Below the pieces are notes generated by a model. The model was given only the letters and a program-made list of their open reading frames with translations, made no database searches and was not told where the DNA came from. A DNA stretch of 53,928 bases, the filler included, from Sphacelaria rigidula (Eukaryota), in assembly GCA_964200075.2 (NCBI GenBank). It is 3 parts of 3 records of this genome, joined end to end, with 100 filler letters (N's around TTAATTAATTAA, not from the genome) between each part and the next. Parts side by side here need not be neighbours in the genome. Positions count along the whole stretch, not along the records: positions 36,022 to 53,928 come from CAXNAA020000966.1; 2 more parts are not named here. One strand, 5' to 3'. The position numbers were made by a program, and so were the translations under genes. Below are positions 52,327-53,928 of this stretch, in pieces (position 1 is the first letter of the stretch; each line of letters starts with the position of its first letter).

Positions 52327-52556
52327 GTAAGTAACAACGCGAAAATGATGCCCAATCGGTCGTGAGATGAGTGAACACAGGAACAACAATTGCGGCGGAT
52401 AAGGTCAAAATTTCCTACGAGATCAAGGCCAGTACAAGGTTCCAGCTATCAATACCGAACGCTTGAATATTTCTATATGAGCACGGTGTTTTTTTATGCT
52501 CCTGGGAATAGCGGCGTGTTTATCGGCAGCTCTACTCGTCGAACTCAAGAGCTATA

Positions 52557-53560
52557 CAGGCTGGTTCACGGTGATCACCCAAAATTGTGGCATCAGCAAA
52601 TGCCTTCCGCAATACGCACCCCATAGTCGCATACATGGTATCATACTGACCGCAATGAAGAGACGAAGAGGGCGACATAGCCGGATTTTTGTCTAAGGCC
52701 GTAGCGGTGGCGCTATGAACGAAAATTTGTCTCAGCCAATCAGCATCCTTCAAACTGTTCCGATATCAAAATTACGAAAACCAAGCCCGATTTTCAGCCA
52801 ATCTTAACATGCTTCAAATCCTAGGAACCGCCATCGACACGGGAATCTAACGAGAAAATCACATTTTTTAAATGATTGCTACGGGGGTCGAATTATACCC
52901 GAAACCGTGATGTTTCGGTGACGTTGGGTGTCAGCGTCGTCTAAATTCCACTAATGAAACGCACGAAACACCCAGGGAGCCTCGTGATGGTGTCCCCTAT
53001 ATCTGTTGCAGAAAAGCTCAGATCGCCCTCAAACTCGGCAGTTCCGTAGGTATTGATGCTCAAAATGGAAAAATTGCATTCTTGACAATATATCATGGTT
53101 TCTCCGTTCTCTACCGGCTTCCGGGGGTCCCAGCATGAAGACCCCCGGAAGGCGGTACATGATGCGCTAAAAGAAAAATAATGAAATGATGCGTCCCGGG
53201 AGGAGTCCAAGGAACACTTGCACACATTTTGGTGGAGAAACTCGAAAACCTCACGCCGTTTTAAGGAGTTAGACCCTGAGAATTTGCACAACTGTGCTTT
53301 GGGACATTACGCAACTTTGCAGGAACGGGGTTTTTTATTCTATTTTTGTTACCGTTTTATGGGGGTCCGATTGCGTCGAGGTTTCCCCCCAAAAACTGGG
53401 ACCCCCGACAAACGGTTTTAATAGTTAAAAAAAAAAAAAATCTGCAGAGTTGCGTAAAGATCCATAGAACATTCGTGCAAAATTTCAGGGTCTAATTCCT
53501 TAAAACGGCGTGAGGTTTTGCCGATGATTGTTTTTTGGGGGATCAGCGTGAACCAGCCTG
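52557..53560. mobile_element. Tc1/mariner-type MITE (~1 kb), a different family from 22858-23760
   Basis: TA|CAGGCTGGTTCACGGTGATCACCCAAAA ... TTTTGGGGGATCAGCGTGAACCAGCCTG|TA; no transposase ORF. Confidence 0.85.
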
Positions 53561-53928
53561 TAGTAGGTGCCCGACCACCCTGTTGATAATCCATTTATCC
53601 GCCATGGATGACGGTCTGCACTCATTTCCACTGCTGTCGTGGCCATGTGCCTGTTGGATTCGGTAGGCTCTCCCAACACGCGGTGCATTCGGCCTATTGG
53701 CTAACTTCCCGTTCGACGATGGTCTTGGAGAGGCGCCACGCAACAGAGGGACATGTGAAGGTGACGCATGTCGTTATAAACGTATGTGCGCGACCAATTA
53801 CTTGGCGTTACTACTTGTGAAGTAAGAAAGTACGTCCGTTAACAGCTGGGTCTCTTTGAAGGGGGGGGGGGGGGACTACCGGGATATTGGGATAGCTCCG
53901 GCCTTTGGCAGCGACTTCTTGCCTGTGC

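Overview
Eukaryotic, intron-rich genomic scaffold. The long GT-AG introns, the repeat types and the protein families are most consistent with a brown alga or related stramenopile (inference). I reconstructed four host genes by hand from splice sites: (1) the last two exons of SDHAF3/ACN9 (+); (2) exosome subunit RRP40/EXOSC3 (-); (3) a large minus-strand gene combining two PHD fingers, ankyrin repeats and a HECT N-lobe, with no catalytic C-lobe visible; (4) a very large plus-strand gene with CUB-like, SPRY-like, MIB/HERC2 and LamG-like modules that runs off the window end. Introns and intergenic space are rich in transposon debris: a decayed chromodomain-bearing Ty3/Gypsy element, LINE fragments, two tRNA-derived SINE families, a hAT deletion derivative with an 8-bp TSD, two TA-flanked Tc1/mariner-type MITEs and a long-TIR foldback. 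Two N-gaps carry an artificial TTAATTAATTAA linker. The best novelty candidate is the PHD-PHD-ankyrin-HECT protein, a possible chromatin-reading ubiquitin ligase or pseudo-ligase. I found no prokaryote-type system such as CRISPR.
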